DNA of 64,000 nt, taken from Candidatus Zhuqueibacterota bacterium. Its GTDB lineage: Bacteria; Zhuqueibacterota; Zhuqueibacteria; Zhuqueibacterales; Geothermadaptataceae. Positions 45,342 to 53,725 of this stretch are shown here, piece after piece. Numbering within the stretch: position 1 is the stretch's first letter; every line of letters starts with the position of its first letter. Location: positions 1,147 to 65,146 of the forward strand of contig WFVT01000099.1 of the NCBI GenBank assembly GCA_015491485.1, read 5' to 3'. Under the pieces are notes generated by a model. The model was not told where the DNA came from and searched no databases. It saw only the letters and a list, made by a program, of their open reading frames with translations. Both the position numbers and the translations under genes were made by a program.

Positions 45342-45459
45342 AGATGAGCCATTGCGTTTCAGAAGAAACGCCCTTCGCAGTCAATCAAAACCTCAAAAGC
45401 TCTATTTTCAATTGTAACACGGCCGGAGCACCGTCATGGCAAAAGCCGCTCCGGCTCCG

Positions 45460-45960
45460 CTAAATATTCAGCGCTTCCCGGGCGATTTCCTTATCGGCTT
45501 TTACCACGGTCAAATTCGCTTCGTATGCCCGTGACGCTACAATCAAATCCACCATCTCTTCAATAATGTTGATGTTCGGCATAGCCACATAGCCGTTCTC
45601 ATCAGCATCAGGATGAGTGGGATCGAAGACCAATCTCGGCGGATCGTTGGAGATCTGCAGATTGCCTTCCACGCCATGCAGCGGCTCCCGGTCTTCCGGT
45701 GGCGGGCTATACGCCTGTTGCAGGTGGCGGGGATTGGTCACGGCAAGCCGACCTTTGGCATTCCGAAGCAGAAAGGGAAATCCGACCGGCTGCTGTCCTT
45801 CCTGCATCAACACTTCACGACGCCGATAAGGCCCGCCCTCTTCGGTGCGTGTGGTTTCCACGTTGGCAATGTTGCTGGCGATGGCATTCATTTTGAGCCG
45901 CATGGCCGTCAGCCCGGTGGCACTGATATCAATTGCCGGAAGAACACCCACTTTGAGCAT
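45460..45960 (-). CDS. flgC: Proximal rod protein FlgC
   Basis: AIDISATGLTAMRLKMNAIASNIANVETTRTEEGGPYRRR ... IVASRAYEANLTV. Confidence 0.93.
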   Translation of the reverse strand: MLKVGVLPAIDISATGLTAMRLKMNAIASNIANVETTRTEEGGPYRRREVLMQEGQQPVGFPFLLRNAKGRLAVTNPRHLQQAYSPPPEDREPLHGVEGNLQISNDPPRLVFDPTHPDADENGYVAMPNINIIEEMVDLIVASRAYEANLTVVKADKEIAREALNI

Positions 45961-46012
45961 CGAAACAGCCTCCTTATTCAGTGATTTTCGTTTTCCGAAA
46001 TGGCACTATGAC

Positions 46013-46429
46013 TTACGCCCGGCCCCGGATTGCCGTGCGGATTTTATCGAAATTGCGGGCGGCGAATTTTGCCGCGGCAATATACAACATTTGATTTTTT
46101 GCCAGTTGGGTCATTTCATATTCAATGTTGACATTGTTCACGCCACTGGCATCCGAGGGATCGTTGGGGACATAGACTTCAGGCTCAATGCGCGCCACAG
46201 CCGGCCTTCCGACGGGAATATGCCGCTCATTGGTTTCATATCCGCCTACACCGCGCTTTCGCAGCGCTTTCTGCAAATCTTCCTCGAACCGCACATCCAA
46301 CCGGCGGTAACCCTGGGTGTTGGCATTGGCGATATTGTTGGCAATCACCCGTTGCCGAATGGCTGAAGCGCGAAGCGATTTGCTCAGAATCGGAATTTTT
46401 GTATGCTGAAAAATCCCTTTCAACAGCAT
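46013..46429 (-). CDS. flgB: Proximal rod protein FlgB
   Basis: LRASAIRQRVIANNIANANTQGYRRLDVRFEE ... typical FlgB. SD TAGGAGAA. Confidence 0.93.
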   Translation of the reverse strand: MLLKGIFQHTKIPILSKSLRASAIRQRVIANNIANANTQGYRRLDVRFEEDLQKALRKRGVGGYETNERHIPVGRPAVARIEPEVYVPNDPSDASGVNNVNIEYEMTQLAKNQMLYIAAAKFAARNFDKIRTAIRGRA

Positions 46430-46459
46430 GGCATTCTCCTAATTGTTCAGCCCTGGAAA

Positions 46460-46475
46460 AGCAAGCCTTATGCCA
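46460..46475 (-). promoter_or_regulatory. Sigma-54-type promoter upstream of flgB
   Basis: Minus strand reads TGGCAT-AAGGC-TTGCT (GG-N10-GC) about 30 nt upstream of the flgB ATG. Confidence 0.7.
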
Positions 46476-47356
46476 TGAGCCTGTTTTGATCTCCCTGGGA
46501 AAATTTCTTCTCAAGATTTTGACTTAAGATTATGACATTATTTTAATCGGCCAATCCAATAATATTAATTCGGTTAGACGCCTCTGTGCGCATTGATCAT
46601 TTTGTTTTGAATTGGAAACAATCGTGAAATTACGGTCATTTTCTCAATTTCGGCGCGGAAGCGCATTCACGGCGGTGAAACGGGCGGAAGGACTTGCCTC
46701 CGGGCGGTTGAAATTTCCCGTCTCGAAGGGGCGATGCTCTCCGGAGAAATGCCTTTAAAAATCGATTTTGGTTGGACTGGAATGTCGGCTACAGCGACCT
46801 CACAACAAGCAATCCGCTTCGGATAGACAGGCCCACGGTCAATGATCGTTTATTCACCGATAAAGCCCGCGCAATCGGGATAAGGCGCCGGCGCGGCATC
46901 ATCTGAGGCGGGTTCAGGATCGAATCTTCTCAAAAATTCGGTGTGGATTCAGCGCAGGATTTTACTCGGCTGACTATTCGTTTTCTCAGAACAGTCCCTT
47001 TGTTGATCGAATCCAGGCGGGTTGTCGGTGGAAATAACGCACAACAATTGTTGTAGGGCTTGCAAGAATTCATGCAACACGGCATCCAAATCCGAGTGTT
47101 GCCGAACCGGTTGTATGGATGATTTTACCATGCGTCATCCCCCATGCGGTCATGTGACTGAAGTTCCGATACGCTCATCCCTCCCCTCCGATCACGCTAT
47201 AGCAAATTCGCATAAAAATCCACAAGCCTGATGATTCGGAGCCTTTGAATGACACTACATCAATGCATGATGCACGGAATGCCCTGGAGGCGCCCCGGCA
47301 GCCTCGAATTTTTATGGCGCCGATCTTATCCCGCTGAACGGCTCCGGTCGTGCCAC

Positions 47357-48244
47357 CTATGACTGCTTGAACTTTTGGAATAAACTGTCGATTTCTTCCT
47401 GGCTTGCCTTTTCCCCTGTTTGAGACGGGTCTTCAGTAGTTTTATCCGCCTCATCTTGCGGCGCATTTTCAACCACAGTTACAGCCAATTCACGGGTTTC
47501 TTCCTCGGAAACTTCTGTGACTTCCCCCTGATTTAAAAGCTCATCCGCCAATGCCTGAATGTCGCTCCGGTCTTCAAACGTCGCGTTCGGATCAAAGGCG
47601 CGTATTTTTTTGTTGACCGGTTTAGCCTCAATGGCGCCAAACCGCGAAATCAATTCCATCAATTTTTCCTGAACTGATTCAATGAGGCTGTTCGCGGCCA
47701 TAATTTGCTGGGTGGTGATATCCTGAATCTGCATGAGATTCATGATATCATAAGCATCGGTCTGCAGAGCAAGGAGATTTTCACGGAGCTCCTCCAGGTC
47801 TTTTTGGCTTTGGGACTCCGCATAAAAAGCCTCAAGTGCTTTTTCCACTTCCGCTTCGCGTGTTGCTTTTTCTCCATCCAACGTTTCTGCCAGTTTTAAG
47901 ATGAGCGATTTCTCCAATTGAATGCGCTCTTTTTCCTGCTTTTCGAACCGGGCAACCACCTGCAGCGCGTTATCGATGCGGTTCAGGATACGATCGATAC
48001 CATCCAGAATATCGGAGGTTGCCATTTCCGTGGTAGCCGACACTTTGTCCAGTTGGGCAACAGCAGCCGGCATTTTGCTGGAGCTATCCAGAATACTGTT
48101 GTTGACCTCCTGGATCAAAGGCGTCGTTTCTTGCACGAACCGTATGACCTCTTCCAAGTAGGGGATCACTCGCTGAGCAAAAATAAACAGCGCACGGATT
48201 TCTTCGATTTGATAGAGTATTTTTTGAAAATCCACTCTTTCCAT
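47357..48244 (-). CDS. CheZ-like CheY-P phosphatase
   Basis: DIMNLMQIQDITTQQIM matches the CheZ active-site motif (QDLTGQ; Asp and Gln four residues apart). The acidic tail ending SQEEIDSLFQKFKQS resembles the CheZ C-terminal CheY-binding peptide. Adjacent to cheY. Confidence 0.65.
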   Translation of the reverse strand: MERVDFQKILYQIEEIRALFIFAQRVIPYLEEVIRFVQETTPLIQEVNNSILDSSSKMPAAVAQLDKVSATTEMATSDILDGIDRILNRIDNALQVVARFEKQEKERIQLEKSLILKLAETLDGEKATREAEVEKALEAFYAESQSQKDLEELRENLLALQTDAYDIMNLMQIQDITTQQIMAANSLIESVQEKLMELISRFGAIEAKPVNKKIRAFDPNATFEDRSDIQALADELLNQGEVTEVSEEETRELAVTVVENAPQDEADKTTEDPSQTGEKASQEEIDSLFQKFKQS

Positions 48245-48285
48245 ACGTTCAATCCTCGTCGATGGTTAGGGTCTTTGGTTTACCG

Positions 48286-48666
48286 TCAGGATTGTTTGAG
48301 AATGGTTTCGATCTTGCTTTTCAAAGTCTGTGGAGAAAATGGTTTTACGATATAACTGGAAACGCCGGCGCGCATGGCTTCCAGAATGTCATCTTTGACT
48401 CCACGGGTGGTAATCATTAAAATTGGTAAATCCTTGAAATTGTCATCGGATTTAACCGCTTTGACGAACTCAAGGCCGTTCATTTCCGGCATGTTCCAGT
48501 CGGTAATCACCACATCGACTTTTTCACTGTACAATTTAGCCAGGGCATCTTTGCCGTTGGCGGCTTCTATCACATCATCATAGCCGATCCGCTTGAGGGT
48601 ATTGACGACGATGCGTCTCATGGTCGGAGAATCATCGACTGCAAGAAATTTAATTTGATCCATCAT
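48286..48666 (-). CDS. cheY: Chemotaxis response regulator CheY
   Basis: FLAVDDSPTMRRIV ... DVVITDWNMPEMNG ... ILMITT ... SYIVKPF. All CheY catalytic positions and the Tyr106 equivalent are present. Confidence 0.9.
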   Translation of the reverse strand: MMDQIKFLAVDDSPTMRRIVVNTLKRIGYDDVIEAANGKDALAKLYSEKVDVVITDWNMPEMNGLEFVKAVKSDDNFKDLPILMITTRGVKDDILEAMRAGVSSYIVKPFSPQTLKSKIETILKQS

Positions 48667-48720
48667 GAACCTCCTTTGAAAACCACTGACTGTTTGAATA
48701 TTCAGGTACGGACTTTTTCG

Positions 48721-49095
48721 TTATTCAGATTTCTGTAACCATTTTCGGATTTCATTTTGTAAAACTTCGGGAACAAATGGTTTAATCAGATACGCATCCG
48801 CTCCCAACCGATAACCTTTTTGAATTTGATCGAAATGATCTTCACTGCTCATGATCAAAATCGGGATCTGCTGATCTTTATACTCTTTACGAATCGCATC
48901 AATGAGCTGATAGCCGTTATAGTGTGGCATATTCAAATTGGTAATGATCATATCCACGCACGTATTCTCTAACAGTGAAATGGCTTCGAACCCATCCGAT
49001 GCTGTAACAACCCTGTGTCCCATCTCTTCCACAATCATCGACACAATCTTCCGGGTGGTGGGTGAATCATCAACAACCAGGATAACCTTTTCCAT
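48721..49095 (-). CDS. CheY-like single-domain pseudo-receiver (phospho-acceptor Asp replaced by Asn)
   Basis: VILVVDDSPTTRKI ... DMIITNLNMP (compare DVVITDWNMP in the neighbouring CheY) ... ILIMSS ... AYLIKPF. Confidence 0.85.
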   Translation of the reverse strand: MEKVILVVDDSPTTRKIVSMIVEEMGHRVVTASDGFEAISLLENTCVDMIITNLNMPHYNGYQLIDAIRKEYKDQQIPILIMSSEDHFDQIQKGYRLGADAYLIKPFVPEVLQNEIRKWLQKSE

Positions 49096-49113
49096 ATGGC
49101 AAATAACCGATAT

Positions 49114-51042
49114 CTAAACGGTTTCGTTCGTTAAGATATCTTCTTCATTTTCTTGCATAGCAATTGACAAAATCGTGTTCGGCTCCTCGCCCATTTCCGC
49201 CAGGTGCCTTTCGACCTCATCTTTTCCCAACTCCCCTAATAAGTGAATGAGGGCCTGAACCGCTTTTACCTGAACGCGCCGGTCCGATGACTCCAGCAAT
49301 GGGTACAAATAAGGCACCAGCTCATTGAAATGAAAAAACCGTGTCGCCTCGATTGCAGCCAATTGCACCTCGTAATTTTCATCCTTCAGTGCTTGTGTGA
49401 TGGCTGCCAGGGCCCGTTCTGGCGGACCTTGCGCCAGGACATAAAAAGCGTGCAATCGCACATCCGGCTCTGAATCCTTCTGCTTTTGCTCAATGAGCTT
49501 CTGAATATGGAAATCGTCAACATTGGAAAAAGCATAAATAGCGGCTTTTCGAATCGTTGCATCAGGATGATTGAATAAATCCACAGCATGTTTTTGAGGA
49601 GCGCATTGTGGATAACGCGATAAAATGGTGAGAATTAAGTTCAAGCGTTCGACCTGGCCGTCAGCCATCAGTTTTTGGACTTCTTCTTGGATGATATCCG
49701 GCTGTAAAATACTCAATGCATGAATACAGGCGTCACAAATGGCAAAGTCAAGGGTTTGCAATCCTTGAATAAAGACCGGCAACAGCGCCTGATGAGGATG
49801 TTCGCACAGGGCAAGATAGGCCGCTTTTTTCACCGACGGCTCCGGATCGTTCGTCAGTCGAAGCAAGATGCTTTCAAACGCGCTATGATCGCTGTACACG
49901 GCTGCCGTTTGGGCGACCATCGTCCGAATGGTCGGTTCTTTTGAGCCGGACAGTATTTTCAGAAGTTGTTGGATACAGGCAGGATCGCATTCATCCAGCA
50001 AATGCATCAGTGCACGCTGACTGTCAACGGAAATCTCTTCAACATTGGCCTGAATATATTCCAGCAACCGTTCGATATTGATGGTTTTTAATCTGCTCAG
50101 CAAGATTAAACTGATTTCCGCATTCGGTTTCTTGAGTAATTTGAGCAGTTCCGGAAAGTGTGCCAGCAAAAACGAATCGGAAAGGCAGTGAAAGACGGCC
50201 TGAAAAGTTTCTATCCGATCGGTTTGTAATAGCTGAAAAACGAGCTTTTCATAGCTTTCAAAATCCAAATAGGTTTCCGCGGGCTTTTTCATATTTTTGA
50301 GAATACAGCAAACGGTCTTCATCAACCGCGGATGAAAGCGCTCCGGAATCAGCGGTAAAGTTTGAAGCAGAGATTGTGCTGTTTCTGGATGATGGGATGA
50401 TTCGAGAACATCCAGTACCAGCATGGTTAAAATATTATTCCGCCGATGAATGACCTCAACCAGAAACCGTTCGGCTTCCAGCGACCGGCACCGGCCGAGA
50501 GCAATGATCGCAACCGGCGGCATTTCCGGGTAGATATCAAAGTAACGAATTAATGCAGGCACCGCTTCCGCGGCTCTTAAATGCCCCAGCGCTTCCGCCG
50601 CCGCCACAGCGACCATCGGCTCGGAATCCGCCAACAAAGGAACAATCTGCTCCCATTGGGCTGAATCACCGATTTTGCCCAAAAGATCCAGAGAGAGTTT
50701 TCGCAACTGCTTGTCGGGGTGAGATAAATAGGCGGCCAGCCCGCGGACGGCTTCTTTTCCGTAACGGCTCAATAATTCGATGACGAGGTTTTTGATTTGA
50801 AGATCATGTTGACTGAGCAGAGGGATGAGTTGTGAGGCCACTTCTGCAGAAGGGATGAGACTCAGTCCGTAAAACGCTTCCGCACGGATGTTTTCATCGG
50901 GATCCACAAGATACTGTATCAGGTGTGGCGCACGATCCGGAGAAAGTGTTCGTATCAATTCCTGAATTTTTGCCCGCTTATCCTGATCCGGCGCTTGCCG
51001 ATAGCCTGACAAACTGCTTTCATCGTGATGTTTGGATCCCAT
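49114..51042 (-). CDS. HEAT-repeat protein
   Basis: 642 aa with many repeats of the D/HPD-x-x-V/IR-x-x-A type (DPDENIRAEAFYGL; HPDKQLRKLSLDLLGKIGD; DSEPMVAVAAAEALGHL; DPEPSVKKAAYLAL; HPDATIRKAAIYAF; DSEPDVRLHAFYVL; SSDRRVQVKAVQAL). Confidence 0.8.
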   Translation of the reverse strand: MGSKHHDESSLSGYRQAPDQDKRAKIQELIRTLSPDRAPHLIQYLVDPDENIRAEAFYGLSLIPSAEVASQLIPLLSQHDLQIKNLVIELLSRYGKEAVRGLAAYLSHPDKQLRKLSLDLLGKIGDSAQWEQIVPLLADSEPMVAVAAAEALGHLRAAEAVPALIRYFDIYPEMPPVAIIALGRCRSLEAERFLVEVIHRRNNILTMLVLDVLESSHHPETAQSLLQTLPLIPERFHPRLMKTVCCILKNMKKPAETYLDFESYEKLVFQLLQTDRIETFQAVFHCLSDSFLLAHFPELLKLLKKPNAEISLILLSRLKTINIERLLEYIQANVEEISVDSQRALMHLLDECDPACIQQLLKILSGSKEPTIRTMVAQTAAVYSDHSAFESILLRLTNDPEPSVKKAAYLALCEHPHQALLPVFIQGLQTLDFAICDACIHALSILQPDIIQEEVQKLMADGQVERLNLILTILSRYPQCAPQKHAVDLFNHPDATIRKAAIYAFSNVDDFHIQKLIEQKQKDSEPDVRLHAFYVLAQGPPERALAAITQALKDENYEVQLAAIEATRFFHFNELVPYLYPLLESSDRRVQVKAVQALIHLLGELGKDEVERHLAEMGEEPNTILSIAMQENEEDILTNETV

Positions 51043-51062
51043 AGAGACTGCTGATGTGTATC

Positions 51063-51986
51063 TTAATTTTGAATATCCATTCCCTGGAACTGCTCAATCA
51101 ATTGGTTGATGCTCTGCAAATCGTCACGCAGCCGTTTCAGTTCGGATTGCAAGTGCTGGAGGGTTTGATGCACCTGCATCCGCCACTGATGGTGCTCGGC
51201 TTTTTTATTCGCCAACTGCATCTTGAGCGTATCCAGTTTAGGCGCATTCGGGCAGACCTGTTTGCTGGAATGTATGGCGTTGATTTTTTCTTGCAGGTGT
51301 TTTTCCATCTCAAGCAGTTGTTTTTCTTTATCTTTTATCTGCACATGCAGTTGCTTTTCCTGTTCACTGTAGTGCTTGATTTGGCGATTGAGCAAATTTC
51401 GCATATTGAGAAGCCGCCGTAACACCCCATCCGGCCTGCTGATTTCCATCAGTTTTTGTTCCAGTAAGTCCAATTTCACCGGCTTAGCCATATAACTGTC
51501 GATTCCCAAATTGGCGACTTTTACAATGGAGACTCTGTCTCGTTGGGATGTTAAAATGATCACCGGAGTCATCAAATATTTTTTGTGTTTCCGAATTTGC
51601 TTCAGCACCTCCATTCCATTCATCACCGGCATATTCAAATCAATGATGAATAAATCCGGCTCAAACTTTTGCAGTTTTTTTAGCGCCATTCTTCCATTGT
51701 CTGCAACCTCAACCTCATAGCCTTTTTTGCTTAAAATGGTTGATAAGAGCTTCTGGGTCACCCGGTCATCCTCAACGATTAAAATGCGATGAATCCGCCA
51801 TTGCTCATCACGTTTCGCTGCCGTCTTATTTCCGTCGTCATTTGAGGTTGAATCCGCTTTCGCTTCCCCTTCGGTCTGAGCCGTTTTCCCCGAAGACGGC
51901 TCAGATGATGCCGGTGCCGGCTCATTGGAAGCCTGCGGCTGTTCATTCGCCTCAGCCGCTTCTAATGATTGTTTCTCATCTGCCAT
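51063..51986 (-). CDS. Response regulator with a disordered N-terminus and C-terminal coiled coil
   Basis: REC (RILIVEDDRVTQKLL ... LFIIDLNMPVMNG ... VIILTS ... SYMAKPV) followed by ~120 aa of heptad-like K/Q/E/L sequence. Architecture is reminiscent of the FrzS/AglZ type. Confidence 0.8.
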   Translation of the reverse strand: MADEKQSLEAAEANEQPQASNEPAPASSEPSSGKTAQTEGEAKADSTSNDDGNKTAAKRDEQWRIHRILIVEDDRVTQKLLSTILSKKGYEVEVADNGRMALKKLQKFEPDLFIIDLNMPVMNGMEVLKQIRKHKKYLMTPVIILTSQRDRVSIVKVANLGIDSYMAKPVKLDLLEQKLMEISRPDGVLRRLLNMRNLLNRQIKHYSEQEKQLHVQIKDKEKQLLEMEKHLQEKINAIHSSKQVCPNAPKLDTLKMQLANKKAEHHQWRMQVHQTLQHLQSELKRLRDDLQSINQLIEQFQGMDIQN

Positions 51987-52016
51987 TCATTTTCCTCTCA
52001 CTTGCTGAATTAAGGA

Positions 52017-52036
52017 CAGGAAATTCCAGGAAATTC
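52017..52036. repeat. Perfect tandem 2 x 10 bp repeat (caggaaattc) in the leader of the che-like operon
   Basis: 52017..52026 is identical to 52027..52036. On the minus strand it contains the palindrome TTCCTGGAA. It lies between the sigma-28-type -10 element and the start codon. Confidence 0.9.
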
Positions 52037-52043
52037 AATAAAA

Positions 52044-52070
52044 CTTTCGGCATCTATTATATTCTCTTTA
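52044..52070 (-). promoter_or_regulatory. Sigma-28-type promoter upstream of the RR/HEAT/CheY/CheZ-like operon
   Basis: Minus strand reads TAAA-N15-GCCGAAAG (4/4 and 6/8 to TAAA-N15-GCCGATAA), about 58 nt upstream of ATG 51986. Confidence 0.55.
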
Positions 52071-52180
52071 GGGAAGTCGATGTGCGATTTTAAAGAAAGT
52101 TCATATTTGCAGAGGCAGAGCGAGAAACGCCGGTGAGGGGGGCATGAGACAGGTTTTATCGCATTGTTGCCCTGATAACA

Positions 52181-52218
52181 ACAAAAAAGCCTCTTCCGAA
52201 GCGATTCGAAAGAGGCTT
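52181..52218 (-). terminator. Rho-independent terminator after the NtrC-type regulator gene
   Basis: Minus strand reads AAGCCTCTT-TCGAATCGCTTCGG-AAGAGGCTT followed by TTTTTGTTGTT. 9 bp perfect stem, 33 nt after the stop. Confidence 0.8.
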
Positions 52219-52250
52219 GAATGATCAATTCCGTTGCAGCTCTGGATCAT

Positions 52251-53663
52251 CTATTCTTTGGACTCATAGACCCAGATTTGATATTCTTCCGGAACCTCAT
52301 TATTTTCTCGATACTCTTTCAACTTGTTGCGCAAAGTGCGCACGCTGATGCCCAGTTCCTGCGCGGTTTTGGTGCGGTTCCCTTTATTTTTTGCCAGCGT
52401 ATCCAAAATGGCTTTCTTTTCCAGTTCCCGCAAATTAACGCCTACCAGCTTATGGTTATTTGACGGTTCATCGGTCATTTTCCCCATTTCTTTTTCAAGA
52501 AAGCCAAAATGGCTCGGTTTCAAAACGTCGCCTTTATTGATAACCAGCGCACGCTCGATGGCATTCTCAAGCTGCCGGACATTGCCGGGCCAATCGTATT
52601 CCTGTAACAATTTATAAACGTCCTTATCGACCTCCTTCTTCGGCAGACCGTTGATCGCACACAATTTTTCGACAAAGTGACGAACCAGAAGCGGAATATC
52701 TTCTTTGCGTTCACGCAACGGCGGTAGATGAATCGGAACCACATTCAGCCGGTAAAACAAATCTTCCCGAAACTTTCCCTGTTTGACCCATTCCTCCAGA
52801 GGCTGATTGGTGGTTGCCATGATTCGAACATCCACACGCTCGGTTTTGTTGCTGCCGATCGGCGCCACCTCTTTTTCTTGCAAAACCCGAAGCAGCTTGG
52901 CTTGCAGATGAAATCCCATTTCGGATATCTCATCCAGTAGAATAGAGCCTTTGTGAGCTGCTTTAAACCGGCCATCTTTACGGCCAACGGCACCGGTAAA
53001 AGCGCCCTTTTCATGCCCGAACAACTCGGTATCGACCAGAGTTTCCGGCATGGCAGCGCAATTCATCCGGACGAATGGCCCTTTTTTGCGCGGACTCAGT
53101 GCATGGATCGCCCGGGCCACCATTTCTTTACCCGTTCCGCTTTCTCCCCGGATGAGAACGGTACTGTTGGTGGCCGCCACCATCTGAATCGCTTCAAACA
53201 CCTGTTGCATGGCGGCGCTTTTTCCTATGATGCCTTCTAGGGCAAATTCGTCTTGTATGTGCCGCCGCAACACATCCACTTCGCGCTCAAGACGCCGGAC
53301 CCGGAAAAAGCGATCCAGGGTAATTTCAAGCTCATCAATCTCGAAAGGTTTGGTAATGTAATCAAATGCCCCTTCTTTCATGGCTTCCACAGCGTGCTTA
53401 ATCGTGCCATAGGCAGTGATCATAATCACCCCCGGGCTGTCCGGAAGGTTTTTGGCACGCCGCAAAATATCCATCCCATTCACATCGGGCAGTTTGACGT
53501 CGGTAATAATCAAATCGAAATGACTTGATTCAAGGGTCTTCAAAGCGGCTTCCCCCCGATCCACCAGATTGACTTCAAACGACCTTCGTTTCAGAGTCTC
53601 CTTCAATAAATCCAGTATTAGAGGTTCATCGTCCACGACCAAAACACGATGTCTTTTCTCCAT
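52251..53663 (-). CDS. Sigma-54-dependent response regulator (NtrC family; FlgR/FleR/FlrC-like)
   Basis: REC (RVLVVDDEP ... LIITDVKLPDVNG), AAA+ (LIRGESGTGKE, GAFTGA), C-terminal Fis-type HTH (TKTAQELGISVRTLRNKLKEY). ATG 53663 with SD GAGGAGAGGG is preferred over the TTG at 53699. Confidence 0.92.
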   Translation of the reverse strand: MEKRHRVLVVDDEPLILDLLKETLKRRSFEVNLVDRGEAALKTLESSHFDLIITDVKLPDVNGMDILRRAKNLPDSPGVIMITAYGTIKHAVEAMKEGAFDYITKPFEIDELEITLDRFFRVRRLEREVDVLRRHIQDEFALEGIIGKSAAMQQVFEAIQMVAATNSTVLIRGESGTGKEMVARAIHALSPRKKGPFVRMNCAAMPETLVDTELFGHEKGAFTGAVGRKDGRFKAAHKGSILLDEISEMGFHLQAKLLRVLQEKEVAPIGSNKTERVDVRIMATTNQPLEEWVKQGKFREDLFYRLNVVPIHLPPLRERKEDIPLLVRHFVEKLCAINGLPKKEVDKDVYKLLQEYDWPGNVRQLENAIERALVINKGDVLKPSHFGFLEKEMGKMTDEPSNNHKLVGVNLRELEKKAILDTLAKNKGNRTKTAQELGISVRTLRNKLKEYRENNEVPEEYQIWVYESKE

Positions 53664-53725
53664 CCCTCTCCTCGATGCTGGTTCAATGATGCAGTCCAAA
53701 TGATAAGTGATTTAAACGATTCGAT

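Noticed and set aside
46544-46551. GCCGATTA (7/8 to the sigma-28 -10 consensus) on the minus strand ~115 nt upstream of flgB.
   Set aside because: No TAAA-like -35 element at 14-16 nt spacing (AATT/ATTA instead). It sits in an AT-rich tract where partial matches are expected.
46905-46935. gcgggttcaggatcgaatc, which looks superficially like a tRNA T-arm (GGTTCGAATCC).
   Set aside because: There is an insertion within the motif, and I could not find acceptor, D or anticodon arms around it.
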